This document shows positions 11,560 through 23,925 of a stretch of 64,000 nt of DNA, one piece after another; the first letter of the stretch is position 1; each line of letters starts with the position of its first letter. The notes under the pieces were generated by a model that was not told the DNA's origin, did no database searches, and saw only the letters and a program-made list of their open reading frames with translations. A program made the position numbers and the translations under genes. The stretch comes from Mobula hypostoma (taxonomy: Eukaryota), in the NCBI RefSeq assembly GCF_963921235.1, contig NC_086097.1:170502001-170566000 (forward strand), written 5' to 3'.

Positions 11560-11837
11560 AGTTGATTTTATCTACTTAGAGATGCTGCGCAGAACAGGCT
11601 CTTCTACCCCAGTGAGCCGCACCTACCTATTTAACACTAGACTGTTGATAGGACAATTTACAATGACCAATTAACCTGCTAACCAGTGCATCTTTAGACT
11701 GTAGGAAAGAACTGTGGTACCTGTTGGAAACCCACACAGTCACGGGAGAACATCCAAACTCCTTACAGAATTGAACTCTGAACTCTGATTCCTGAGCTGT
11801 AATAGTGTCGCGCTAACTGTATGCTGCCATGGCACCT
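11560..11837 (-). mobile_element. tRNA-derived V-SINE/HE1-like SINE
   Basis: Central domain ggacaatttacaatgaccaattaacct..tctttagactgtagga..ggaaacccacacagtcacgggagaacatccaaactcctt; tRNA-like head near 11800-11837. Confidence 0.75.
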
Positions 11838-11944
11838 TAAATCTTCCTAAAATCAAGTTCCCAAAAGAGGATGATGACTTATGCACAGGTATGTCCTGTG
11901 CACTGATTTAATTATAAATAGGACAATCACTTTGAACCAAAAAG

Positions 11945-12230
11945 TAAGGGCAGAGGTTTAAGGGGAGGAGGGATTTAACAGGGACCTGAGGAGCAACTTC
12001 TTCACACAGAGCATGGTGTGCTTATGGATTGAGCTGCTATAGGAAGCAATTGAGGCATGTACAATAACAACTTTTAAAAGACATTTGGATAACTACACAG
12101 ATAAGAAAGTTTAGAGGGATATAATCTAAATATGGGCAAATGGGAATAGTGTAGGTGGGCATCTTTGTCAGCATGGACACGTTGGGACAAAGAGCCTATT
12201 TCTACCATATGTTGTTTTACTCTATGACTC
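11945..12230 (+). mobile_element. CR1 3' end fragment
   Basis: gggacctgaggagcaacttcttcacacagagcatggtg..., ending in a ctctatgactctat tail. Confidence 0.75.
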
Positions 12231-13494
12231 TATTTAATGCTGTTTTCTAAATCTGTAATAAAGGAATGAAAAGGATCGGGCAGTAGGGCAGGAGAGTTAA
12301 TGTAGGTGATATTGAAGTGATCTTACTGAATGGCAAAGCAAGTCTGAGGGCAATATGGAATTTTCTGCTCTGAATTCTTCTGTTTTTGTGCACCAGTGAA
12401 GTGACTGTTGAACTGCCCTCTCTTTGCTCAGATTTTGATACACCTGTTTGGCATTTAGCCGGCATCCCTTGTTAGGCAATTGTCATTAAGATGAACAAGC
12501 AGCTTTCCTTAATGAGAGATGTGCCTCCTTCATTCCTACTACCCTAACCTTAATTTCCTATCTTTCTTGAAAAATAATATCCTCTTAACACAGAGTGTTA
12601 GATCAAAAATATTGAATTATAGGAATCAGCAAAGCAGAATATACATCATATTTTCATTCCAATTGATCTTAATTGAATTTACTTTGATAATTGAAATCTG
12701 TTTATGAAAATAACAGTCAACAAAATTGGAAGACATTTTAAATAAATTATATATTATGGTTGCTCTAAAGGACAAATTGTTTATTCTGAGTTCAAGGTAA
12801 ATGAAATTAATTTTGATCATATTTGATCTGTCTTCGAAAATATAATATGAAGCCTCCGGGCTTGAAACTCACCCTTTTTGCAAATTAAATGAATTTTTGG
12901 AGTTTGTTGCTGTCAGAATTAATTAGAGACACAGGAGTACATAGATATTTTCTTATGCAAATACAAGTTACATAGGAAAAAAAATGGATCTAATAGAAAA
13001 TGTCCCCTTCTAACTCATCCTGGGAATAGTTATACAAGCACAGGGTTCTAACGTTTCAATCTGGCAATCATTAATAATTCACTGCTGGGTGTTTGTCAGC
13101 ACACCCAGTCACATTGCTTAATTGGTTGGTTTGCACCCCCCCCCCCCTTTAACAGATAGCTGAGCCACTTGAAAGGACTTGGATCAATGACAATAAACAG
13201 AGGCAACCCTTTGAGGAAGCAAATATAGATTGATTTGCAAAGATGAAGCTAGAAGTTGTTGCTGGAACAGCAGAGCTTCTGAAGATTCTCTCAGCTACAG
13301 TTCTTGACAAGAATGGAAATGCTGCTGTTTGCTGAGCAACAGTGGCAAGTTTGACACCAGTGGCTGAGCTCATTGCTGTAGAGGGACTGGAAGAATAAAG
13401 AAGATTGTGGCGGCTCCTTTCACCCACTTACTGAGGTAGGTTCCAAAATCCAGCAGAAGGGCTTTTAGGTTGAGCTAAATGTTGCATGGATAAA

Positions 13495-13576
13495 GTGGTG
13501 GGGGAGGGGGAGGGGGAGGGTGGGGGTGGGGGTGGGGGAGGGGGAGGGGGAGGGGGAGGGGGAGGGTGGGGGTGGT
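13495..13576 (+). repeat. G-rich (GGGGGA/GGGGGT)n tract, potential G-quadruplex
   Basis: More than ten runs of 3-6 G separated by single A/T. Confidence 0.9.
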
Positions 13577-14049
13577 CATCTGCTGTTCAGGAGGCAGTAC
13601 ATTTACTCGAGTTTGTCCCTGGATTGGCTCTTGTTTCTATCTCCTCTAGTTTCTAGGCTCACTAGGTGAAACAGTGTCAGGTGCTTGTATACTAGAACTG
13701 GATTTGCATTTGATCCCTGCATCCTGAGGAAGAGAAGCAGAATTGTGGGCCAAAGGGCCTGTATTGTGCTGTAGGTTTTTTTTCTAAAACGAACGATGGC
13801 AGTGGTATCGTAGCCATGCGCACATCTTTTATGATGCATGTAGGTGTCTATAATTTGAGGCGAACTTTTGAATAAACTAGGAGGACTTTCCTTGCTGGAA
13901 CACTCAAATGTTAGTCTGTGTGTTCTGCAACTTTGTTAGCAGCTGGGAACTCGCTAGATCATATCTTTAATTTAGTCAACCAGAAACATGTATGGTGTGT
14001 GCACAGCTCACCTCCTTGTACATATGCAACCCACTAAGGAGATGTCTGC

Positions 14050-14146
14050 ATGCAAACATAAGGAGTTCTGCAGATGCTGGAAATTCAAGCAACACACATC
14101 AAAGTTGCTGGTGAATGCAGCAGGCCAGCTTGGCCTGCTGCGTTCA
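14050..14146. repeat. Penelope-terminal palindromic repeat with deleted centre
   Basis: tctgcagatgctggaaattcaagcaacacac..; arms 14112-14127 and 14131-14146 pair (1 mismatch) around a 3-nt loop. Confidence 0.6.
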
Positions 14147-14778
14147 AGGAGATGTATGAACATATTTATGTGTAGAATGAATATGTTTTACCTTCAGTTG
14201 AATGTGGTCAATTTTAAATTCCTGTGATGTCCTGAAGTCAGTCTTTATATACCATTTTGTGCATTTTCTATTCCTTATTCAGAAAGTTAGATTTCAACTA
14301 TGAAGAAAGGCTTCATGGTGTGAAAACACTAAAAAGTGTCTGGTGAATTTAGTACAAATGCACCAGTCTGCAATCAGGGGGACAAGGAACCTTTTGGGTT
14401 AGTGCTACTGTCCTGTCTCAGTGCAGTCATCAAGTAAATCTGATGAGACTGTATCGGTGCACACTGCCCTTTCCCACTGCAAGCTGTCAGGCTGAGATCA
14501 AGGGTTTTCATCTTGGCATTAATTGGAGCTAGAAGAATGTTTGTGTTTTCTCTCCGCTTCTTCAACCCTGTGTGTGACAATGCTCAGTGTGGCTGGGGCT
14601 GGCTTGGAGACGGGTCTGCAGGAACTATTGTACTGGGCCCACCAGGGAGAACATGGGTCAGCTCAGTGTGGCTGGAGGGGATTGCTATGTGCTGAGTGCC
14701 CTCGGGGTAACTGGAATATTTTCAAAGGCCTGTTCCAAGTCAACTCATCCCACGTTGAGTTTATTATAACTTGCACAA

Positions 14779-15242
14779 GTCGTCGTGGCTATCCCCCGAG
14801 GTCGAGGATGATGGTCTTCCTTCTATTGATCTACTTATGGGCTCTCAAGTGGCTTATGAGTCCAATCTTGGCTTTGAAAATTCTTCCGCATTCAGGACAG
14901 GTAGTTCCAGATGGCAGATTGGGCTTTGGTTGTTGCTGCCTCTCTTTCTATTTTCTTCTCTTTTCTTCTAATTCTGCACATCTGTTGGCTTCGAAAGTTG
15001 CTGTTCCTTCTCGGATGATGGCTCGCCAGAGTTTCCTGTCCTTGGCATTGGTTTCCCAATTGTTGACGTTGATGTCGATGTTACATTTCTTCATGTTGGC
15101 TTTTAAGACGTCTTTGAATCTCTTCTGTTGTCTGCCTCTTTTATGTTTGCCTTCTTTAAGCTGGGAGTAGAAGATTTGTTTCGGCAGATGCTTGTCTTTC
15201 ATCTGAACGACATGACCGCTCCATCTTAGTTGGTTCTTGATG
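14779..15242 (-). mobile_element. RTE-clade LINE, 5'-truncated 3' end
   Basis: RW.GHV..MKDKHLPKQIFYSQLKEGKHKRGRQQKRFKDVLKANMKKC..WE..AKDRKLWRAII is the RTE ORF C-terminus; tail ...GGATAGCCACGACGAC. Confidence 0.88.
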
Positions 15243-15609
15243 TACGTATATGCACAGGTATAATGACAAACTTACAGCAGCCCAACAAGACACACATTAG
15301 AGACACATCACTCTAAGGAAAAACATAAATTACACAAAGTAATGTAAGAACACAGAACAAAACAGAACAAAGTCCATTGTAGTGCAGAGCGGTCACAGTA
15401 TTTCCATTCTGAGGTAGTGGAGAATATTGCAACTCCACTACGGTTTCTATCACTCTCAGTGGAAGGCACTCCACTATACATGCTGATAATGGGTAGACTG
15501 ACTGTTCAGGAAAATCTCTGACATTCATCTCTCAGACTATCAGCTGGAAGAGTGTGGCACAGAAGAAAACCACTCAACCCATCCAGCCTGTTCGACTTTT
15601 ACAATTCAA

Positions 15610-16110
15610 TCAAAATCAGGTTTATTACCAGTGATTATATAACATGGCATTTGCTTTTTTTTTTGCAGCAGTGCAGTGCAATACACAAAAGTTACTGCAG
15701 CTTACAGCACTAAACAGATAGATAATAAATGCATGAATAAATAGTTTGAAAAGAGACCAAAGCAGTGAGGTGGTGTTCATGGGTCCGTGGACCGTTCAGA
15801 AATCTGATGGCAGAGGGGATGAAGCTGTTCCTAAAACACTGAGTGTGAGTCTTCAGGCTCCTGTGCCTCCTCCCTGATAGTAGTAATGAGAAGAGGGCAT
15901 GTGCTGGATGGTGAGGGTCCTTAATGAGGGACACCACCTTCTTGAACCATTGTGGGGAGGCTGATGCCCAAGATGAAACTGGCTGAGTCAATAAAACTCT
16001 GCAGCTTTTTTTCAATGGTGTGCATTGGAGCCTCCATACCAGATGGTGATGTAAACTGTCGGAATGCACTCCACTGTATATATGTTTTTAAAAAAAAAGT
16101 CTGGAACACC
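15610..16110 (-). mobile_element. Rex1/Babar 3' fragment
   Basis: IKDPHHPAHALFSLLLSGRRHRSLKTHTQCFRNSF. Confidence 0.82.
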
Positions 16111-16132
16111 ACTATATCACCACGGAATACAG

Positions 16133-19100
16133 ACAGTTAGGAAGAAAGTTGAGAAGCAGGACCTCAATGGTAGTAATCTTGGGATTGCTGCCTGTGCCGT
16201 GCGACAGTGAAGACTGGAATAGGATGAGGTGGTAGATAAATGTGTGTCTGAAGAATTGGAGCAGGGATTCAGACAGTTAAATTGTACCACAGAGACGAAA
16301 CTCAAAAAGGTGAAGAATGCAGAACTGAAGGTACAGTATTTAAGTGCATGTAGTATTCGGAATATGGTGGGCGAACTTGTGGCACTATTAGTGATTGTTT
16401 GGTATGACGTTGTGGGCATCACTAAGTTGCGGCTAAAAGATCATAGTTGGGAGCTTAATATCAAAGGATAAACTTTGTACTGAAAGGACAGGCAGGAAGG
16501 CATAGGTGGTGGTGTGGCTCTATTGGTGAGAGATGGATTACATCTTTAGAAAAGAGTGACATCGGGTCAGAGAATGTTGAATCTTTGTGAGTGGAGTTAA
16601 GAAAATGCAACGGTAAAAAAGCATTATGGAACCATATATCGGCCTCCAAATAGTAGCCAAGATGTGGGGTATAGTTTGCAAAGGGAGCTGGAAAGACGTG
16701 TAATTAGGGTTATGTCACATTTGTATTAGGAGACTTCAATATACAAGAGGATTGGGAAAATCAGGTTGGTGTCAGATCAGGAGAGGGAGCTTAAGGTGAA
16801 GGACACCCTGGGAGGCAGTGATCATAATATGATTGAATTCATACTGTAATTTGAGAGGGAGAAGCATAAGTAACATGTATCAGTATCGCAATGGAATAAA
16901 GGGAATTACAGAGGCATGAGAGAGGATCTTGCCCAGGTGGATTGGAGGGAGATACTGGTGGGGATGATGGCAGAGCAGAGATGCTGAAGTTTCTGGGAAT
17001 AGTTCACAAGGATATGTCCCACAGAAAAATAATCTCTCAAGTGGAGGGGTAGGCAACCATGGCTGACAAGGGAAGTTAAGGACTGCATAAAAGCCAAGGA
17101 AGGGGCATATAAGGTGTAAAAGTGAGTGGGAAGTTGGATGATTGGGAAGTTTTTAAAATCCAACAAAAGGCAATTTAAAAAAAAAAGCCATAAAGGGGGG
17201 AAAGATGAAACATGATAACAAACTAGCTAATAATATAAAGCAGGATACTAAAAGTTTTTTCAGTTATATAAAGAGTAAAAGGGAGGTGAGAGCTGATATT
17301 GAATCATTGAAAACTGATGCTGGTGAGGTAGGAATAGGGAGCAAAGAAACAGCAGATAAACATAATAAGTACTTTGCATCAGTCTTCACTGTGGAAGACA
17401 CCATCAGTGTGCCAGAGGTCCGTGAGTGTCGGGGAGCAAGAGAGAGTGCCATTGCTATTACGAAGGATAAAGTGCTAGGCAAACTCAAAGGTTTTAAGGT
17501 GGATAGGTCACCTGGACCAGATGAACTACATCCCAGAGTTCTGAAAGAGGTTGCTGAAGAGGTTGCAGATGCATTGGTTATGATCCTATAGTTAGGAAGT
17601 AACAATCAAGATGAACAAAGGAAAGGCAATGGATGTCATTTACTTGGATCATCAGAAAGCATTTGATATGGTGCCACTTGTGTGGCTGCTTAACAAGAAT
17701 AAAGCCCATGGAATTACAGGAAAGATACTGGCATGGATAGAGGAATGGCCGACAGGCAGAAGGCAGCAAGTGGGAATAAAGGGGGCCTTTTCTGGTTGGC
17801 TGCCAGTGACTAGTGATGTTCCTCGGAGGTCAGTATTGAGACCGCTACTTTTCACATTGTCAATGATTTGGATGATGCAGTTGATAGCATTGTAGCGAAG
17901 TTTGAGAATGATATGAAAGTAGGTGGAGGGGTAGGTAGTGCTGAGGAAGTGCTGAAGGACTTAGACAAATTAGAGTTAATAAATTTTCTATCATTTCTCT
18001 TCTTGGATCCTCAATTCCTTTATCTTTAAGTAAACTAACTGACAATTCGGTAGTTAAACATACTTTGAGGATTTGGATACAATTTAGAAAATACTTTGGT
18101 TTATTGAGATTTTCTCTTTCAAGTCCCATTTTTTTCTAATTATTTTTTTTAAACCTTCTATGACCGATTTAGTTTTTAAAGAATGGGATAGATTGGGTAT
18201 TAAATGCTTCCAGGATCTATTATATACATTTCCTAAAAGTCCCAATAAGAACTTATTAGATGTAATTTCTAAATTGAAACCTTTTCATTATGGTTCAATA
18301 TCCAATATTTATGGCATATTGCTGGGAATGAGAAATGCTCCTTTAGATGAAATTAAGAATCTCTGGGAACAAGATTTACAGACATCGATTTATGAGGAAA
18401 CTTGGAATGAGATTTTTTAATTGGTTAACACTTCATCGTTATATGCCTGCCACTCACTCCTACAATGTAAAGTGGTCCATAGGGCCCACATGACTAAGGA
18501 TAAGCTATCTCGTTTTTATTCGGCTATATCTCCCTATTGTGGTAGATGTAACAATGGAGAAGCTTCACTAATTCATATGTTTTCAACATGTCTGAGTCTT
18601 GAAAAATACTGGAAGGAAGTATTCCAAACTTTCTCTAAACTTTTCAAAGCAAATTTTAAGCCTAACCCTTTGACTGCCTTATTCAGTGTTGTTGGAGGAA
18701 AAGATATTATTTTGGAGACATCTGATTTGCACATTTTGGGTTTTATTTCTCTTATAGCTAGGATGTCATGTCATGCTTAAATTTAGAGAAGATTTGTTGT
18801 TCAATTTCTGAATCTAGCCAAGACTTTTAAACATTGTGGGAACCATTTCTGAACTATTTTCAAAACCTTTGGTTTGCTGTTAAAATACAGATGTTGGCTA
18901 ATAACATATTTCACTATATGATACGATGTTTTTTTCCCTTTTCTTTCTTTACCAAACAGCTTCGATCTTGGTAGTGGGCTTAGATTCTTTTTTTTGTATA
19001 ATAAATGCTCATATTTCAATATTAAGATTTAATTTAACTTACATGAATGAGATTGCAAGTGTGATTCAAATATAATGTATTTGGTATTATCTTTTTTGAC

Positions 19101-20012
19101 ATGTATCTTGTACTCTTCTATGTAGAAATTAATAAAAATATTGAAAAAGAAAGACAAATTAGAAGAATGGGCAAAAAAGTAGCAGATGGAATACAATGTT
19201 GGGAAATATATGATAATGCATTTTGGTAAAAGGAATGATAGTGCAGACTGTTAGCTAAATGGTGAGAAAATTCAAACATCAGAGAGACTTGGGAGTTCCT
19301 GTACTAGAATGTTAACTTATAGATTGAGTCTGTGGTAAAGAGGACAAATAGAATGTTAGCATTCATTTCAAGGGGATCACAAAAAAAGGAGAATTATAAA
19401 AACAAGGAGATAATGCTGAGGCTTTATTTGACACTGGTTAGGTCGCACTTGGAGTATTGCCAACAGTTTTGAAACCCATATCTTAGAAATGTTGTGTTGT
19501 CATTGGAGAGAGTCTAGAGGATGTTCACAAGGATGATTCCAGGAATGAAGCGGTTAACATGTGAGGAGCATTTAGCAGCTTTGGGCCTGTACTCATTAGT
19601 ATTTTGAAGGATGTGTGAGATCTCACGGAAATCTGAATGTTGAAAACACTAGATAAGGGTGGACATTGAGAGAATGTTTCCTCTGGTGGGGGTGTCCAGA
19701 ACTAGAGAGCACAGCCTCAAAATTGAGGGTGACCCTTTGGAACAGAGGTAAGGAGGATTTTTTTTTTAGCCAGAGAGTGGTGAATCTGTGGAATGTTCTG
19801 CCGCAGGCTGTGATGGAGGTCAAGACCATGGGTATATTTAAAGTAGAAATTGATAGTTTCCTGATTGGTCAGGGCATCAAAGGTTCTGGCGAGAAGGCCG
19901 GTGTATAGGGTTGAGTGGGATTTGGGATCAGCCATGATGGAATGGCAGAGCAGACTTGATGGGCTGAATAGCCTAATTTTGCACATATGTCTCATGATTT
20001 CATAGTCTTATG
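16133..20012 (+). mobile_element. Degenerate CR1 LINE (ORF1 esterase remnant, endonuclease, RT, 3' tail), split by an L1 insertion
   Basis: LGRKLRSRTS.VVI.GLLPVP (ORF1), LKVQYL.ACSIRN..YDVVGIT (endonuclease), KVDRSPGPDELHPRVLKEVAEE, DVIYLD.QKAFD, FFSQRVVNLWN; several internal deletions. Confidence 0.9.
17975..19151 (+). mobile_element. L1-clade LINE, 5'-truncated, with a 12-bp TSD
   Basis: FKEWDRLGIKCFQDL and QCKVVHRAHMT..CGRC....ASLIHMFSTC..LEKYWKEVF (L1 ORF2 CCHC domain); AATAAA at 19131-19136 and A-rich tail; AGACAAATTAGA at 17963-17974 and 19152-19163. Confidence 0.9.
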
Positions 20013-20129
20013 ACTGTAAAGGCCTACACTGAATTTGCTCTTAATCTTCACTGCCTTTAAGAGCTATTCTTTGTCCAGTGGCTCTCTTCTTTCTTTAATG
20101 TCACAATAACATGAGTCTCTCATGCTCGA

Positions 20130-20132
<3 letters not shown>

Positions 20133-20168
<36 letters not shown>
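20133..20168. repeat. (AC)18 microsatellite
   Basis: Direct reading. Confidence 0.95.
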
Positions 20169-20169
<1 letters not shown>

Positions 20170-20725
20170 AGACATTTGACAAAGGTTTAAAAATAAATAA
20201 CTAAGTAGGTCAAGTCCTTTTGCGAATTAACAACTCAGGAATAATTATCACACTGTTGGATAGGCAGCTGGCAGTTCTGAGGAGCTCACAGACTCAGAAG
20301 AGAAATGCCACAATGGAAATGATGACATCCCTTGGCAAATCTACCATCCATGTCTCTTGATCCCTGAAACTCCACAGAAGGTTTATTACCGAGTTAGAAA
20401 CAGCAGTTATGAAGAATGATGCAGAATTAATAGCACAAGAACAGGTATTTCAATGAGATGGTGTTAGAATCAGTGAACTGTTGGAGTGTGGAAGAAGAAA
20501 TTGTACTGGTTCTCTTAAAGAGCTGTCTAGTCATTTCACTTCCCCAGCATCTTCCTCAATTATCCATCCAATTCCATCGGAAAGCCACAATTAGTTCTCT
20601 GGAGCCATTAGAGACTGCAGGTGCTAGAATCTAGAACATCCAGCAACTGTCTCCAACCTCGTCTCACACCTCCTTCCTATCTGCCCCTCACTACTTTCTT
20701 TCTTTGTCTGCGTCCGTCTATCACT

Positions 20726-20970
20726 GGGGCAGCACGGTCACACAGAGATTAGTGTAACGCGATTACAGTGCGGCAACCCAGGTTCAACTCTGTCGCTGTC
20801 CGTGAGGAGTTTGCACATTCTTTCGGTGACGGCATGGGTTTCCTCTGGGTGTTCTCGTTTTCTCCCACTTTCCAAAGATGTGTGGGTTAATTGGTCACAT
20901 AGGTGTAACTGGGCAGTGCAGGCTTATCATTGGGATGTAAGGGGCTGTAACTGGGGTGTATCTCTAAAGT
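20726..20970 (+). mobile_element. V-SINE/HE1-like SINE
   Basis: GGGGCAGCACGGT head, B-box-like GGTTCAACTC, core gagtttgcacattct..gggtttcctctgggtgttctcgttttctccca. Confidence 0.75.
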
Positions 20971-21104
20971 AACAAATCCACCTGCCTCTGTCTCCCCTTT
21001 TCTACCTGCTGCAACTTGATCACCACCTATCACTCTTTCTCAATCCACGAACCACCTCAGATTTCCGTCTCAGCATTCACCCTCTCCTCCTCCTCTCTCT
21101 ACCC

Positions 21105-21215
21105 TGAGTCCTGATGAAGGGTCTGAATCTGATTGCTGACAAACCATTTCCTCCCACTGGTTCTACTTGATCCACTGAGTTCCTCCAGCGGTCTGCTTGT
21201 TCCACCATTCTTCCC
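21105..21215 (+). repeat. Penelope-terminal repeat half with CTGATGA core
   Basis: gtcCTGATGAagggtct...tgatccactgagttcctccagc. Confidence 0.5.
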
Positions 21216-21494
21216 TGTCTACCGTTCTTTCCAGTTAATCTTGTCAACTGTGCGAAGAAGGTTTTCGTTTTGGACTTGGGATTCCACAAAAACCTCTTCT
21301 TACCCTACATCCCAACCCTTCAGTCCACTCTGGTATCCTTTGCTCCCTCAGTCTACCAACTGGAACAGTGCAGCCCAGAGGAAAAGCACTCCGTCCGTTC
21401 AGCCTGATTGGCTTTTCCAATTCACCTCCAACTGTGTTGTTTTCTTCCCTGTCACTTCCTGCTAATTATGTCCAGAGATTTGAAATTTAGTTTG

Positions 21495-21970
21495 GTACAG
21501 TTAATAGAGCTGCCATCTCAGTGGCAGGAATCCATCCGGATTTCGGGGGCTGTGTATGTGGAATTCAGATTGAGTTTATTATCATAAGCACAAGTGCGGT
21601 GAAAAACTTACTTGAAGCAGCATCACAGGCTCATAACATTTAAAAAAAAAAACAAAAATATTATGGAAAAAAACTAAGAAAAAGAACACAAAAGAACAAA
21701 AAATATGAAGACCATTGTAACACAGAATGTTCAAAGTGTTCATGGTGTTACTATTTGGTTGTGCAGTAGAGTTTGTATATTCTCCCTGTGACTGAGTGGA
21801 TTTTCTCTGCATACTTTCTTTGGTCAAAAACTAGCCCTTTAGTCTTGCTCACATTAAGGGTTTTTTTCTGACGCAAAGACACAAGGTGATACAAGATTAA
21901 TGTAGGACTAGTGTAACTGGATGGTTGATGGTCAGCATGGACTTGAAGGGCCGAAGAGTCTGCTTCTGTG
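21495..21970 (+). mobile_element. Degenerate V-SINE interrupted by a reverse-strand LINE 3' tail (~21565-21765)
   Basis: SINE head and core (gagtttgtatattctccctgtgactgagtggattttctctg) flank gagtttattatcataagcacaag..aaaaacttacttgaagcagcatcacagg. Confidence 0.55.
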
Positions 21971-22715
21971 TCAACTCTTTCTCTGACCTTGGCACAATTG
22001 CAAAGTAGAGGGATTAAACATGAGGAAAATCACAAAATCAGAATAAGAACTGAAAAGAGACCTGTGGTGTTGGAGGAAGCCATAATTACAGGCTCAGTTA
22101 AATCCAGAGAGAAGTGTAAAAAGCTTGGAATAACTTGAACACGATGATCAATACACTTCAGTCAGTGACAGAATGGGTCAGCCAAAGGAACGGGAATTGC
22201 TAGGAAATAAGCCACACTTCAACATTTAAACCTATTGATCTATGGCAAAGAAAAACCAATCAATTGACTGATTTAATGATGTTTTCCTAGTATTTAATTG
22301 GCCTCAATTGACTGTGGGTCACTGCTGCCTTCAACAAAGTAATTATTCTTTTTATTCATGGAGTCCTTTGGGATTGATGATGACTTGTTTCCATTCCGGT
22401 TCTTGAGATTCTGAGGTGCTCAATGAAACCAGTGTAGAATGCACAGACTCCTCCACGGGAAGGGCACCAGGTGCAGATGTAAATAGTTTTGGAGGTGGTT
22501 TTCGCCTTCTATCATTTAGGTACATTGAACTCCTACATGCTTCCAACTACAGGACTTGAGGATCTCTATGTTAAATCAAATGCTCCTTCTCCACTTTAAG
22601 GAGTCACTCCTTGGTGATTCTCATGAATCCATGGGGATGTTACTCTTCCTTAAGAATCTTGCAGAACATTCTTGCATCTCCTCTTCCTTCTACCTACCAA
22701 GCTCTTGATCAAACG

Positions 22716-23363
22716 TGTAATGCCCTGGTTCATATTTTTACTACTAGGCTGTATGTATTTCCTTTTGGCAGTTCTGTAAGAGCAGTCTGTTCTGTTTTCT
22801 TGCTTGTTTGGGTTACTGTTGAAGATGAGAGAGAGGAGAAATGTGTGCTATCCAGTAAGGATGGTTGGATTAAGGGGAGGTTTCTCTGATGAGGGAAACT
22901 AAGGTTAGGTTTGGGGATTTTGTTCAAGAGCAGATGAAGCAAGAAGATGCTGGGGAGAACCGGTCGTAGCATATGATCTGGTGTTTGAGATGGATTGCGA
23001 GCGACATTCCGAAGGTGGTGTGTGCTTTCACGTTGACCAAGGGCCCGTCGCGTGAGTGACAGTGAAGTTCAAAGTGAGCTCCGACTTGTGCGCATTTCAG
23101 TGTTTAAATTAGAATGGGCCTTTTTCTTTTTGTTATTCATTCCTAACCCTTCAGTTAAGATTCATAAATATAATTCCTTTAATCGTATGCAGTGTTCTGT
23201 CTGTTATTTCATGGCACTAATTTGTAACAGGGTAGCAAACGACACAGCATCCACACAAACCGGGGTTTAGGGTGGGATTGAGCGTGCCTCAGTCTGACAA
23301 GATTGGTGGGGCTGGAGGTTGTCTTCCCGAGACCTGCGCTGCCAAGGAAACTGGGGTGTTTCA
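22716..23363 (+). mobile_element. Possible solo LTR
   Basis: Begins TGTAATGCCC and ends GGGGTGTTTCA (imperfect TG..CA inverted termini); ~650 bp non-coding; no clear TSD. Confidence 0.4.
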
Positions 23364-23559
23364 CTTAGGATAGAGTTGTGGAAGGCTGGTATCAGGCTTG
23401 CAAAGTATGTGCCTGCCCATCACATCTAGTTGAATGTAATTGGCCTCCTAATGCTGGAGTTGTAAGGTTTGGGAGAGAAGGGTGAAGATTTCAATCAATC
23501 TGGAACACTTTGTGGAGATAGTTCTATCCTCAATGCTTTAATGTTCTTACTATGGATAT

Positions 23560-23925
23560 ACTGTGGGCTTTCCTCTTTGAAGCTGTGAAGGATGAGCGGT
23601 GACTCAAAGAGGTGTGATAAAGATTGTGAGGCCCATAGATAGATTGGACAGCCAGCACCATTTTTCCAGTGCGGCAATAGCCAATACCAGAGGACATCCA
23701 TTTGATGTGAGTGGTGGAGGTGACAGAGGTAGTTTTTTTATTCTGAGAGTGGTGCATGCCTGGAACACACTGCAGGGGGTGCTGAAAGATTCTAATACAA
23801 TAGAAATATTTAAGAGATTCTTAAATAGGCACAAGGATATAAGAAAGATGGAGGGTTCTGAGCTGTGTAGGAGGGAATTGTTGGATTGATCGTGGAGTAT
23901 GTCTGCATAACATATTGAAGGGTAC
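23560..23925 (+). mobile_element. CR1 3' fragment
   Basis: ANTRGHPF..FFILRVVHAWNTL. Confidence 0.75.

Noticed and set aside
14523..15170. 215-aa + strand ORF
   Set aside because: Its 3' half is the antisense of the RTE fragment and it runs across a TE junction; no domain recognised
20260..20450. Protein-like + strand frame (SSEELTDSEEKCHNGNDDIPWQIYHPCLLIPETPQKVYY)
   Set aside because: No polypyrimidine tract at the putative acceptor, the frame ends in a stop, and no homology is recognised
20726..20800. tRNA-like sequence with A/B boxes
   Set aside because: Head of a SINE followed by the SINE core; no cloverleaf, so not a tRNA gene
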